Shown: positions 1 through 13,064 of the stretch, one piece after another
Position numbering within the stretch: position 1 is the stretch's first letter
Layout of the letters: each line of letters starts with the position of its first letter
Assembly: GCA_965287045.1 (NCBI GenBank)
Contig: OZ336878.1
Coordinates: 15,748,001-15,812,000 of the forward strand
Reading direction: 5' to 3'
DNA length: 64,000 nt
Source: Carcharhinus amblyrhynchos
Lineage: Eukaryota
Program-made: the position numbers and the translations under genes
The notes under the pieces: model-generated
The model's input: the letters and a program-made list of their open reading frames with translations, nothing else
The model's database searches: none
Told to the model about the DNA's origin: nothing

Positions 1-217
1 ACTCAAGAACAGCTCCTTCCCTGCTGCCATCAGACGTTTGAATGGACTCAACTGATCTTTCTCTAAACCCCAGCTATGACTGTAACACTACATTCTGCAC
101 TCTCTCCTTTCCTTCTCTGAATGGTATGCTTTGTCTGTATAGCATGCAAGAAACAATACTTTTCACTGTATATTAATACAGTGCAGAAGAAAACCAATAA
201 TAATAAATCAAATCAAA
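1..217 (+). mobile_element. Rex/Babar-like LINE 3' end
   Basis: KNSFFPAA-type ORF end, 3' UTR and (AATCA)n tail; same family as 37357, 55288 and 56612. Confidence 0.7.
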
Positions 218-302
218 TGTTCCAATCATCAACATCCTTAGCAAGATGATGGCTTGTGCCATGTGTGCTGAACTATCTTTTCAGTTTGCATCCCCACCTT
301 TT

Positions 303-1410
303 TTTGATTTGACCTATTATTGTTACATGTATTAATAGTGAAAAATATTGTTTCTTGCATATTATACAGACAAAACATACCATTCATAGAGAAGGAAATG
401 AGAGAGTGCAGAATGTAGTGCTACAGCTGTAACTAGGGTGTAGAGAAAGATCAACTTAATGCAAAGTAAGTCCATTCAAAAGTCTGACAGCAGCAAGGAA
501 GAAGCTGTTCTTGAGTTGGTTGGTACGTGTCCTCAGACAACTTCTTCCTTCAGGAAAAAGATACAGGTGGAAGAAAGAATGTCTGGAGTGCGTGGAATCC
601 TTAATTATGCTGGCTGCATTGCCAAGGCAGCAGCAAGTGTGGAGAGAGTCAATGGACAGGAGGCTAGTTTGCATGTTGGATTGAGCTACGCTTGTGGTTT
701 TTGCGGTCTTGGCAGAGCAGGAGGCATATAAGCTGTGATACAACCAGAAAGAATACTTTCTATAGTGCATCTGTAAAAGTTGGTGAGAGTCGTAGCTGAC
801 ATGCCAAATTTCCTTAGCCTTCCGAGAAAATAGTGGCGTTGGCGGGTTTTCTTAACTATAGTGTCGGCATGGGGGGACCAGGACAAATTTGGTGATCTGG
901 ACACCTAAAAACTTGGAGCTCTTGACCCTTGCTACTTTGTCCCCCACTGATGTAGACAGGGGCATGTTCTCCTTTACGCTTCCTGAAGTTGATGACAATC
1001 TCCATTTTGTTGACATTGAGGGAGAGATTATTGTTGCCACATCAGTTCATCGGATTCTCTATCTTATTCCTGTACTCTCTCGTCATTGTTTGAGATCCAA
1101 CGCACTACGGTGGTGTCATCAGCAAACTTGAAAATCAAATTAATGGGGAATTTGGCATGTCAGTCATAGGTGTACAAGGAGTGTAGTAGGGGGCTGAGAA
1201 CGTAGTCTTGTGGGACACTGGTGTTGAGGGTGATCGTGGAGGTGGTGTTGTTGCCTATCCTTACTGATTGTGGTCTGAGTTAGGAAGTTCAGGATCCAGT
1301 CACGTGGAGGTGCCAAGGCCCAGGCCATAGAGTTTGGAGATGAGTTTCGTGGGAATAAGTGTTGAAGGCTGAGCTGTAGTCAATAAATAGGAGTCTGACA
1401 TGGGTGCCCT
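303..1410 (-). mobile_element. Rex/Babar-like LINE, degenerate RT C-terminus
   Basis: Minus-strand ORF pieces KFLGVQIT, IVKKTRQRHYFLGRLRKFG...FYRCTIESILSGCIT and RTRTNQLKNSFF; frameshifted. Confidence 0.8.
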
Positions 1411-1746
1411 TGGCCACCTGAAAGGCTCTTTTGTACCTAAAGGAACTTTCAAAAGTTGGCTCTGACTTGTTTTAAGTGGAAATACAATCCAGATCAGGCC
1501 AGTTATTTAGACAAGCCTACTTGGGTGTTGAGAATGAATTGCAGCAGTAGGCTTGAGTGAATACATTTGCTTGCCCAGTGTGCTTTGCTGTGGATTTGAG
1601 GAGACTATTTAAAATATTCCCATATGGGGAAAATATTGAAATAACATTTATAAGGTGAGCAGATGAGTTGTATTTTTTAAAAAAGCTGGCTCTCGCCTCT
1701 TCTTATTCATGTTTCATTTTTTGCCTTTAAATTATTTCCTTTCAAG

Positions 1747-2109
1747 GTAAAGAAAGGTGTTAAAAGGAAGGCAGACACTACTACACCCACTACTTCAACT
1801 TTCACCACAAGTAGTGGGTCCTCGAAAAAACTCTCAGAACAGAAGCCTATAAAAAATTGTCCAGGGAGGGAAAACAGTCAATCAAACAAGCCGCCAGCAA
1901 AGGATTTACCAGATTCTCAACAACATTCAGCTACAAAAGAAAAGTTTGCGGCACATTTGCAATACTGCAATAACATTCTCAAAGAAATGTTGGCAAAGAA
2001 GCATGCAGCTTATGCTTGGCCTTTCTACCAGCCAGTGGATATTGAAGCACTGGGACTTCATGATTATCATGATATTATTAAACATCCCATGGACCTTAGT
2101 GTTGTGAAA
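1747..2109 (+). CDS. BRDT: BRDT exon: motif A ([13 protein letters not shown]) and N-terminal half of bromodomain 2
   Basis: Polypyrimidine tract + AAG acceptor; 121 codons [17 protein letters not shown]...[15 protein letters not shown]...[16 protein letters not shown]; GTAAGT donor at 2110; phase 0/0. Upstream exons (BD1) lie outside the window. Confidence 0.93.
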
Positions 2110-2831
2110 GTAAGTTTTTTTTTTAAACATCTCTCTTCTTTCCTGCCCCCCCGATGTAATCAGCTACTTCAATTTTCCATAAACCGTATTTGGGTATGTT
2201 CTTTCAATCCTAAATGACGACGGTAAATATTTTTAAGTTTTGGAGCAGTCTTGCAAATGTCAACTTTACGTTGGAATGGGTTGATGCACTAACTAATGTC
2301 ACTAAAACTTGATCCCTAGGGGTTGTGGAACATTCACACTGTCTTGTTTTGGGTACACTAATTTTGCATTTGGAATCTTTGTGGAAAAGAGGCTAATTGT
2401 ACGCAATAGTAATGGAATCAATGTAGCAGAGAAAGGGAACCCCTAGAGAAGTCGGATCAGTGACTAGAAAATGAAACACAGTGGGAAGTTTCTGAGGGCG
2501 AAGATTAACACAAATTGCAAAGAAATACTGTCATAAAAGTGAGGTGGACAAAGTAAATATTGAAGTAGAATCTATAGATTAAAAAGACACTGGCTTTGAG
2601 AATTATTCTATCATTTGGCAAGTGAGAAATGCTGTCCAATATGAGCAGTTCGTTCTGACCACCACTTCATTGTTCTGCCATTTCTAGTCCACTCTCAAAC
2701 CTTGGTATGTTCCACGAAATTTAGTGGAATGTTTCCCCACCTGTTTACATGCTCTTTGCTTAGAGTCATGAAAAAAAAGCTAATGGATATTGTACCCATT
2801 TGGATGTTCTTTCTCTGCAGCCACAGGAATG

Positions 2832-3147
2832 AAGATAGGACCCTACAGTGCAAAAGGAGGCCATTCAGCCTATCAAGTCTGCACTGACCACAATCCACTA
2901 AGGCCCTATCCCCACAACCCCATGCATTTACCCTAGCTAGTCCCCCTGATGGGGGCAGTTCAGCATGGCCAGTCCACCTAACCCATGCATCTTTGGACTG
3001 TGGGAGGAAACTGAAGCACCCAGAGGAAACCCACACAGTCGCAGGGAGAACTTGCAAACTCCGCTCAGACATGACCCAAGCCAAGAATCAAGCCTGGTTC
3101 CCTGGCATTGAGAGGCAGCTGTGCTAACTACTGTACCACTGTACCAA
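2832..3147 (-). mobile_element. HE1-type tRNA-derived V-SINE
   Basis: A/B-box head, TTCCTCCCACAGTCCAAAGA core, CR1-like GGCCTCCTT..CACTGTAGGG tail. Confidence 0.85.
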
Positions 3148-3259
3148 AGGTGCACTTTGTACTACTCTCTAGTGAAAGATCGCAAAAAGTTAAGGGTGTA
3201 TTAAGATGTGTGCAATTTGTTCTAGCAAGCTTTGTTTTCTGGCTCCAGCAAAAACAGTG

Positions 3260-3560
3260 AGAGCCTTTTTCCTCGGATGGTGATGGCTAACATGAGGGGA
3301 CATAGCTTTAAATTGAGGGGTGATAAATATAGAACAGATGTCAGAGGTAGGTTCTTTACTCAGGGTAGTAAGGGCGTGGAATGCCCTGCCTGCAGCAGTA
3401 GTGGACTCGCCAACTATAAGGGCATTCAAATGGTTATTGGATAGGCATATGGATAGTATTGGAATAGTTTAGGTTAGAGGGTCATTAGATTGGTTCCACT
3501 GGTTGGCGCAACATCGAGGGCCGAAGGGCCTGTACTGCGCTGTTGTGTTCTATGTTCTAT
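3260..3560 (+). mobile_element. CR1-like LINE 3' end
   Basis: RGHSFKL...RFFTQ ORF2 end with (TTCTATG)n tail; similar copy at 16323-16603. Confidence 0.8.
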
Positions 3561-5189
3561 AAAAGCTTTCAGGCTCTAGAGAGACCTGTACATGTTAATA
3601 AATCTATCTCTGTAACCTTCTCCAGTCCCACAGCCAACTGATATTTGGGAGGCGACTAATTCAGTCCTCCTATGCATCCCCAATTTTAATTGTACCATCA
3701 TTGGTTGCCTAGACACCAAGCTCTGCAATATTTTCTTTACACCCCTCTGTCTCTTACTTCACTTTCTTCCTTTAAGGTATTTCTTAAAAACTACTCTTTG
3801 ACCAAACCTTTGGTAATCTGAGCTAAATCTCCTTACATGGCTCATTGTCATGCTTGTTTAATAAGGCTTTTGTGAAGAGCCTTGGGATGTTGCAGTATCT
3901 GAAAAGTACTACAAAAATGCAAGTGGCTGCAAATAACTATTAGGTTCTCCTTTTACACATTTGAGAAAGAAGATTAGTTGGTGCTATTCTGATCTACATT
4001 GAGGGAATGCTGGCATCTAATTGACAGAATTAATAAAAATTCACATTGCTGAGATTTTGTTTGGGTGTACCATCTCTTTTATGCAACTTGAGGTTTTGTA
4101 GAATCTGTAAATTATCACATCTTTGATATTTTAGTAGTCTATGCATAATGACATTATGCATAACCCTTCAGCTTACTTAAATTGCACCTTGAGAAAAGAA
4201 GTATTTAATCTTTTGGAAACCAAGAAGAAAAGCTGTTCAACTTACTTGTATCTGGTAGTTGCCAACATTTGTTAGCACCTGGAATTTGACCAGTATTTGT
4301 AAATGTCTTGACAATAATTCATAACTTCCAGTTCTGCAAATAGAAATTTACATTGCAAGTTTATCCAAGTTTTCTATCAATGGGGAGCTACATAATTACT
4401 AATAATAATGTCATTCCATCATTCGATATCAAACTGTTTTAAACAAATGAGGATTAGTGAAGACTGACAGTGAAGATGAATATAGTTCTAGTGTTCAAAT
4501 GTTATTCTTACCACTCTATCCCTACCCTGGGATAAACTTGCATGTCCCCCTCTGTGATCTGTTTAGAACCAGAGATCAGAGTGTGGTATTCTAATTGGGA
4601 TTGACCATTTTTCTATTCATCCTAGAAGATTAATGAAGAGGACTATTTGGTAAATAAATATTTTACAGCTAGATGCATTTTTGAAGAAAATATTAATCTA
4701 TTTAAAATTGTCGTGGCCTGTCTACCTTTTCGCTAAGGACTCCCCTGCGTGTAGCACAAGTTTCAATTTGCAATTGAGAGAATCAATTTTTCAATTCAAC
4801 ATAAGCATCACGTTGTATTTGTGCATGTATTTGGTGATTGGATTTTTCAATTATAACAATCTGTATTGTTTCTATTCTCAGGTTGGCAGTTAAGAATTTA
4901 GTCAAAAGACTTGAGACAACCAAATAAAGATATAAAAATCAACTACTTATTTTTGTTTATACTGATTGTTTCATTGTTCTTCCACATAACTGATGCATTC
5001 ATTTTATTGTATTAAATTAATTTTAGGATGTTTTGCCCACTGTTGACACTTAGTCATTACTGCTTCACAGGACCAATGCATTTACCTTCTTGCTCTTGAC
5101 GCTAGATATCAGAGGGCTAATATCATGGTCCAGGATATTGCTATCCTACCATCAATTATAATTGACATCAATGCAGAAGGTTGTTGATA

Positions 5190-5570
5190 GCTTCACATGT
5201 CTAGGCTCCACAGTCACCATTCTCACTTGATGCTGAAATCAACATGCCTTGTGTGTGACCTGAGTAACATGTGCTGTGTAAGAGAAAAGGTTGAACAGTT
5301 TCCACTGTCTCCGACATTTCCTCATCAGCCCTTGGCAGGACAGTCTCACCAACCCGGAGGTCCTGGAGCAAGCTAATTCCATCCTCACCCATTCATTACT
5401 AAGCCATGTTCATCAGATGAATGAAGGGTGTATAGACAATCACCTTCTGTGCAGGGAACTGACCATTGGGTTACAACCTGTTGGATGCCCTTCCCTGTGC
5501 TTTAGCAGACCTGTAAGCAAGATTGAAAATGATATTAATAGACCCAGTTGGGACATTGTTAGTAATTATG
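5190..5570 (+). mobile_element. Degenerate RTE-like LINE fragment
   Basis: ORF piece FHCLRHFL..PWQDSLTNPEVLEQAN resembles an RTE-clade RT C-terminus. Confidence 0.5.
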
Positions 5571-6005
5571 AAAAATGAGTTTGAAGTGTAAATTTCAATT
5601 TAGAGTTGGAAGACACAAAAATTGAAAAGAAATTTAGACATAGTGTCAAATTTCAGGTGGCATCAACTATTGGATACAAGAACTACCTAAAATTGAACAG
5701 CTTTTCACCTCTAATTTACAAAAAAAATCTCAATTTTATCAAGTAAATTTACGTAAACTGAATGTTTATGCATGGAGACAGTAGCTGATAGCTGTCACCT
5801 CTGGGGTTTGACTGCTGGAGAGATGAGAAAAAACAAAGCTAAGTTGGGGTCCAGAAGAGAACCCAGTGGAAATGGACACCAGTGAACCCTACATCTTTTC
5901 AACCCACTGCCTTCATCTGCAGAAAATCTGGCAGAGACTGCTGTGGCAGAGTGGGTTTTCTGAGGAACACTGAGAAGTTAAGCATCAAGGTGTAAGTCAT
6001 CATCT

Positions 6006-6226
6006 GGAATTCTCTGCCCATTGAAATGGTGGAGGCTACCTCGCTAAATAAATTTAAGTCACGGATAGATAGGTTTTTGATAGGGGAATTAAGGGTTATG
6101 GGGAGGAAGCGGGAAAGTGGAACTGATCCACTTCAGATCAGCCATGATCTTATTGAATGGCAGGGCAGGCTCGAAGGGCTAGATGGCCTACTCCTGCTCC
6201 TATTTCTTATGTTCTTATGTTCTTAT
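6006..6226 (+). mobile_element. CR1 LINE 3' end (tail shared with the young subfamily)
   Basis: WNSLP..VEA ORF2 end and (TTCTTATG)n tail. Confidence 0.85.
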
Positions 6227-6462
6227 CCTCTCTTGGAAGAATGCCAAAGAAGGGATTCACAAGAAGACAGAAGTGCTAGTATGATTTGGAGTCCGGTTAT
6301 AGTTCGACAGTAGTACATATTGATGAAAGACTTCCCAAGTGCACCACATGCTGTATATAACTTCACTGCAGTGTCAAGTTTGATGTCTGTTAAGCCTTCT
6401 GGGAATAAAATTAAAAGTATATTTTTAAATGCACTCCAAACGTTGCTGTCACCACATCACTA

Positions 6463-7840
6463 ACGCTGTTAAAGAAGGGAGGGAGGCACCAGGTGGGAAA
6501 CTATAAGCCAGTTAGCCTGACTTCGATCATTGGCAAGATTTTAGAGTCCATTATTAAAGATGAGATTGCAGACTGCATGATAAAGTAGGACTGAGCCAGC
6601 ACGCCTTTGTCAAGTGCAGGTCATATCTGACAAATCTGTTAGCGTTCTTTGAGAAAGTGACAAGGAAGTTAGATAAAGGAGAACCAGTGGACCTGATTAA
6701 TTTAGATTTCCAGAAGGCCTTTGACAAGGTGCCGCATAGAAGATTGTTAAGTGCCCATGGTGTTAAGGATAAGATCCTGGCATGGATAGAGGATTGGTTG
6801 ACTGGCAGAAGGCAGAGAGTGGGGATAAAGGGTTCTTTCTCAAGATGGCAGCCAGTGACTAGTGGTGTGCCTCAAGGGTCAGTTCTGGGACCACAACTTT
6901 GCACATTATACATCCACCATTTGGAGGAAGGAGCTGAAGGCACTGTTGCTAAGTTTGCAGATGATACAAAGATATGTAGAAGGACAGGTAATATTGCGGA
7001 AGCAGGGGGGTTGCAAAAGGACTTGAACAGGTTAGGAGACTGGATAAAGAAGTGGCAGATGAAATACAATGTGGAAAAGTGAGGTTATGCACTTTGGAAG
7101 GAGGAATGGAGGCATAGACTATTTTCTAAAATGGAAAATGCTCAGGAAATCAGAAGCACAAAGAGACTTGAGGGTCATTGTTAAAAGATTCTCTTAGGAT
7201 TAATGTGCAGGTTCAGTCGGCAGTTAGGAAGGCAAATGAAATGTTAGCATGCATGTTGAGAGGGCTAGAATACAAGAGCAGCAGTGTGTTTCTGAGGCCG
7301 TATAAGACTCTGGTCAGACCCCATTTGGAGTATTGTGAGCAGTTTTGGACCCCATATCTAAGGAAGGATGTGCTGGCCATGGAAAGGGTCCAGAGGAGGT
7401 TCACAAAAATGATCCCTGGAATGAAGAGCTTGTTACGGTTGAGGACACTGGATCGTTGGAGTTTAGAAAGATCGGGCGGGAGGGGGGAGGGATCTTATTG
7501 AAATTTACAGGATATTGCAAAGCCTGGATTGAGTGGACTTGGAGAAGATGTTTCCACTAGTAGGAAAAACTAGAATCAGAGGGCACAGCCTCAAGTCAAT
7601 GGGACGATTCTTTAAAACAGAGACGAGGAGGAATTTCTTTGGCCAGAGAGTGGTGAATCTGTGCACACCTTTGCCGCAGAAGGCTGTGGAGGCCAGGTCA
7701 TTGAGTGCCTTTAAGACAGAGATAGGCCCTTGATAAGAGGATCAGGGGTTATGGGGATGAGATAAAAATCAGCCATGATTGAATGGCGGAACAGACTCGA
7801 TGGGCTGAGTGGCCTAATTCTGCTCCTATGTCTTATGGTC
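6463..7840 (+). mobile_element. 5'-truncated CR1 LINE with RT domain
   Basis: LDFQKAFDKVPH, SGVPQGSVLGP, FADDTK and LVRPHLEYC motifs; frameshifts. Confidence 0.92.
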
Positions 7841-8151
7841 ATTCACTGGAATGGAGCTCTGTACAGTATGAGTTTGTTCTTCACCTCAAGTCACTGCAGT
7901 CAGTATAAATGATGTGCGTCAAATTACTTAAAATTTGGGAAAAAATCAGCTCAATATAGAAGAACTGTTGTGGGATATGATGTGGCAAATACATTGTAAA
8001 TCGTTGCTATTCTATTTTAAAAATGCCAAAAATTTTAATGAACACCAAAGCCCTTTTTCAGGTGTGAAAATCTAGGTAGTTATCTGGTGAAAGAGCCAAG
8101 TGTAATGTACTTGATATTTTAATCATTTTTATTTCAATCTTTTCTTGCAAG

Positions 8152-8280
8152 AAAAAATTGAACAACCAAGAATACAGCAATAGCCAGGAGTTTGCTGCAG
8201 ATGTGAGATTAATGTTTTTGAATTGCTACAAGTATAATCCACCAGACCATGAAGTAGTAGCCATGGGTAAAAAACTTCAG
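8152..8280 (+). CDS. BRDT: BRDT exon: BD2 core
   Basis: tttcttgcaag acceptor; [43 protein letters not shown] with the conserved YN acetyl-lysine-binding Asn; GTAAGA donor; 129 nt, phase 0/0. Confidence 0.95.
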
Positions 8281-9561
8281 GTAAGAGAATAATGTATCCA
8301 TTCATGAAATATAAATATTTTGAATCAATAATTAAAATTTGGGTTGCAATAATTCATAGGATTTGCTAAATCCTATTTTCTGCTGTCTTAATAGAAAAAT
8401 GCATTATAAAATCATTTCCTGCTCTGCCTGTCGTATCTGCAGATGATACCTGTAGGTGATATATATATCGAAAATTAACCGAGAACTGTTTTAATTCTGC
8501 ATGCAAACGTAGGCCCTGTATGCAGAATACTGCTGTGAGGCAGTTTTATAGGCTTTTGTGGTTATGACCAGCAGATAAATTGTTGAAGGTAAGGAAAGAC
8601 TTGAATTTAAAACTCCATTTAGAAAATTTAATATCTGTTTGGTTCTTTTACAAATTGCCCTTCTCAACTTGATGAATCCCTTTTTCAGTGTGTGACCTTC
8701 ACTTACAGTCCCTTACATTTTTTACAAAATCCATTTTGACCAGTACAGGATACCCAAATGGATAGATCGTTATCTCCCTAGACAAAGTGGTTCTGGCTTG
8801 TTCCCCATTTTCCTTCCCTATCTCATACCTACTTAAAAGCAAGTTCAAGACTGGAAGCATTTTTACTCTGAGTAGGGCTATGATTAGAGTACCCTATTGC
8901 ATTAACAGCTGAGCTTATCGGGGCTGGGAAGGGGGAAAAGTAGGATATTTCAGGCTTGCTGCTATGGTAGCTTTCATTGCCTTTTCACCTCATCCTCCTA
9001 ATTCTGTAATCTTGCATCATACCTGCCATTTATTGCTCTGCAGTGTAATCCCCACCTCACTGCATCCCTCACATTATATTCACTCCTACTGGGGTAAATG
9101 AAGGTTGTCTCAGTTCCCAAACTGAGAATAAAACTAGGGCCAATGCAGATGGAAGGACAGTTAGATTTTTGCCATCTTCTCTTATTCCATCTTCCATCCA
9201 CAGATGAATGCTGGGTTTGGTCGAGTCTCAACACGTAACAGGAAGATCAACCATTTTTAAATATAACTTTAAAACTGGACAAACCAAAAATCTGTGGATC
9301 TTAAATGCATTTAACACATTCAAAATCTGTCAAGAGAGAAGTATTTTTGATGTATAAATTCTGAAATCCCTCTGTACATAGTTTGAATTCAGACACATCT
9401 GGACCAAAATCTGAAATTTTCATTTGTTTCATTAGTTTCAAATTGTTCTTGGGGAGTGAATATTTTGTGTTATACAAGACACTATTGTTTCAAACTTTTT
9501 TCCTCAATGTAGATGATGCAATTAAGAACAGCCTTGGGAAAAGAATTGGGTACATGATATT

Positions 9562-9859
9562 AGAACATAAGAACATAAGAAATAGGAGCAGGAGTAGGCC
9601 ATCTAGCCCTTCGAGCCTGCCCCGCCATTCAATAAGATCATGGCTGATCTGTTGTGGCTCAGTTCCACTTTCCCGCCCTCTCCCCATAACCCTTAATCCC
9701 CTCTCTTATCAAGGACCCATCAACCCGCTTCTTAAAAATATTTAGCGAGGCAGCCTCCACCACTTCAACGGGCAGAGAATTCCAGAGATTCACCACCCTT
9801 TGAGTGAAGAAGTTCCTCCTCAACTCCGTTCTAAACCGCCTCCCCTTTATCTTGAGGCT
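9562..9859 (-). mobile_element. Young CR1 LINE 3' end
   Basis: Reverse complement of 10721-11018 with about 2 mismatches by eye. Confidence 0.92.
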
Positions 9860-10019
9860 TTATATTGTATATTTCTCCCCCAAGAATATTAATTGGCTAA
9901 TCTTTATGCAATATTTACAAAGTAATGTAGGAAGACAGTCAGTTGCACTAAATCCTACATAACTGGTTATCTAGTTAATCATGTAACCCATGTTTTTCTG
10001 TGTCCATCTTTTGTAACAG

Positions 10020-10202
10020 GATGTCTTTGAGATGCATTTTGCAAAAATACCTGAGCCTATTAAAGCTGAGCCATTACAACAATCCACCACTCAATTCACT
10101 GAATCATCAAGTGAAGATAGCGATGACACTTTGTCTGCTGAAAGTAGTTCCGACAGCTTGAGAAAAGAGCAGAAGGACCGCCTTGCCCAGCTTCAGGATC
10201 AG
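10020..10202 (+). CDS. BRDT: BRDT exon: end of BD2 helix C and acidic/serine linker
   Basis: ttgtaacag acceptor; DVFEMHFAKIPEPIKAE...SSSEDSDD...RLAQLQDQ; GTAAGG donor; 183 nt, phase 0/0. Confidence 0.95.
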
Positions 10203-10595
10203 GTAAGGAAGAACGTGGAATTTTTAAAATAAGATTTCACTTTAACTTAAAGTGGCCCAGCCCATGGCTAGCCAAAGAAATTGAGAATATTAGATCCAAA
10301 GAGAAGGTACATAAAGTTGCTAGAACAAAATAGCAAGCCCAGAGACCAGGAGTGGTTTAGAATTCAGCAATGGAAACCCAAGAGATTTATTAAGAGGGAA
10401 AAGATAGAGTATGATTGAACTTGCAAGGAACAATAGTATATAAAAAGAAAAAAAAATTAGTGAAGACAAATGTAGATCCCTTACAATCAAATGGGAGAAT
10501 TTATAACAGAACAAGGAAAAGGCAGAGCAATTAAAAACTACTTCAGTACTTTTTTACGGAAAAAGACACAACTTCCAGAAATTCTAGGGAATTAA

Positions 10596-11020
10596 ACTCG
10601 TTAGAGTTTAGAAGAATGAGGGGAGATCTCATTGAGACGTATAAGATGATGAATGGGATGGATAGGATAGAGGTGGAGAGACTCTTCCCGCTCAAAAAAG
10701 ACAGTAGGACTAGGGGGCACAGCCTCAAGATAAAGGGGAGGCGGTTTAGAACGGAGTTGAGGAGGAACTTCTTCACTCAAAGGGTGGTGAATCTCTGGAA
10801 TTCTCTGCCCGTTGAAGTGGAGGAGGCTGCCTCGCTAAATATTTTTAAGAAGCGGGTTGATGGGTTCTTGATAAGAGAGGGGATTAAGGGTTATGGGGAG
10901 AGGGCGGGAAAGTGGAACTGAGCCACAACAGATCAGCCATGATCTTATTGAATGGCGGGGCAGGCTCGAAGGGCTAGATGGCCTACTCCTGCTCCTATTT
11001 CTTATGTTCTTATGTTCTTA
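10596..11020 (+). mobile_element. Young CR1 LINE 3' end nested in an older CR1
   Basis: Intact ORF RGDLIETYK...RNFFTQRVVNLWNSLP; near-identical to the copy at 19022-19445. Confidence 0.93.
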
Positions 11021-12766
11021 AAGGAAATTAGCATCCGTTTTTTAAAAAAAAATTGGTGCTGGAAAATTGATGGGACTGAAAGCCGATGAATCTCCAGAGT
11101 TGCCTAATCTACATTTGAGTGCTAAAGGAGATGGCCATAGAAATAAATAAGGGATGCATTGCTTGCCATCTTCCAAAATTCTGTGGATTCTCGAACAGTC
11201 CCAACAGTTGGAAGGTGGGAAATATAATCCCACCATTTTAAAAAAGATAGGGAGAAAACTGAGTTACAGACTGGTTAGCTGATATCAGATTAGGGGAAAT
11301 GCTAGTGTCTATTATAAAGGATATGATAACAGGACACTTGGGATTACGCAAAGTCTACATAGATTTATAAAGGGAAATCATGTTTGATAAACCTACTGGA
11401 GTTTTTTGAGGATGTAACTATAAGAATAAGAAGAATAGTGGATATGATGTATTTGGATTTTCAGAGAGCTTTTGGTAAAGTCCACAAAAGCACATTGGAT
11501 TGGAGGTAAAATATTGGCATGGATTGGGAATTGGTTTACAGACAGGAAACAGTAGGAATAAATGGTTTTTTTTTGGAATGACAGATGGTGACTTGTGGAG
11601 TACCACAGAAATCAGTGCTTTACAATATGAGGAAACCAAATATAGTGTTTCTATGTCTGCTGACAGTGCAAAACTAGGTGGGAATGTGAGTGACAAGCAT
11701 GATGTAAAGAGGTTTCATGGCAATTCAGTCAAGTAGAGTGAGTAGGCAAATACATGTATATAAAAAGGGAAGAGAGTGGCTTAAGTAAACATTGGTCCCT
11801 TATGTAATCAGAAGCAGAGACAGGAGAAATTATTCTGGGGAATGATGCAATGGCAGAGGTATTGAACATATCTTTTGTATCTATAAGTTACATACCAAAA
11901 GGGTAACTTAGATGCTTACAAGTGAGGAAATTGAGATAAATATTAAAGAAACTTAGGAGACTAAAATCCAACAAATCCTTAGAATCTGATGGGCTATCCC
12001 CTAGTGCTCTAGAGGAGATAGCTGTAATGATAATGGATGCACTGGTTATGATTTTCCAAATTTCCAGTAGATTAGCGAATGTGATGTTGCTATTCAAGAA
12101 AGGAGGTAGAGAGAAAACTGCAAGTCAGTTAGTCTGGATCAATCATGGAGAAAATGCTGGAACCTATTAGGCAAGTATTAACACTGCACATAGTTAATAT
12201 AGTTTTATGAAAGGGAAATAGTGCTTGACAAATTTATCACAAATTTTTCAAGATTTAACTTGTATGGCAAACCAGTAGATATTACTATACACGTATTTAC
12301 AAAAGGCAAGTTGTCAATGAGCAAGATGAGGACTCATTTTAGAAGGTAATATTAGGGAACATTAGAGCAGAGACTAGATAATGATTATGAAGCAAAGAGT
12401 AGGGGTAATTGGGGCATTTTCAAGTTGTCAGGCTGTGAAGGATCAGTGTTTGGACCTCATTTACTTGCAAATAATAACTTGAACAAAGAGGCAATGAGTA
12501 ATGTATCTAAGTTTCCTGAGGATGCAAAGCTAGGTGGAAACTTAAGTTGTGAGGAGGACACGAAGCTCAGAGATAGGCATTTTGAGTGGGCAACAAGGTG
12601 TCAGATGGCGTGTAATAGGGGGAAGGTGAGTTTATTCATTTTTAACATAATAGAAAAGGAGATTATTTTTGAGAGGCACAACACTTGCAATTCGGAAAGA
12701 CTTGGATGTGCTTGTACAAGGAGCACACATTAGCATGCAAGTACAGCAAATAATTAGGAAGGTAAA

Positions 12767-13064
12767 TGCATGGTGACACAGTGGTTAGCATGACTGCCTC
12801 ACAGCATCAGGGACCCGGGTTCAATTCCGACCTCTGTCTCTGTGTGGAGTTTGCACAAACTCCCTGTGTTTTCATGGATTTCCTCCATGTCTGCGTGGGT
12901 TTTTTCCCAAACTCCAGAAATGTGTGGGTTAGGTTGACTGGCCATGGAAAATTGTCCATTAGTGTCAGGGTAGGTTTGTGGGGTTACAAGGATAGGATCT
13001 GTGTGGGATCGTGGTTGGTATGGGCTAAATGACCAGTTTCGCACTATAGGGATTCTATGATTCT
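12767..13064 (+). mobile_element. HE1-type V-SINE nested in CR1
   Basis: GGTGACACAGTGGTTAGC head and GGGATTCTATGATTCTA tail; CR1 sequence resumes on both sides. Confidence 0.8.
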
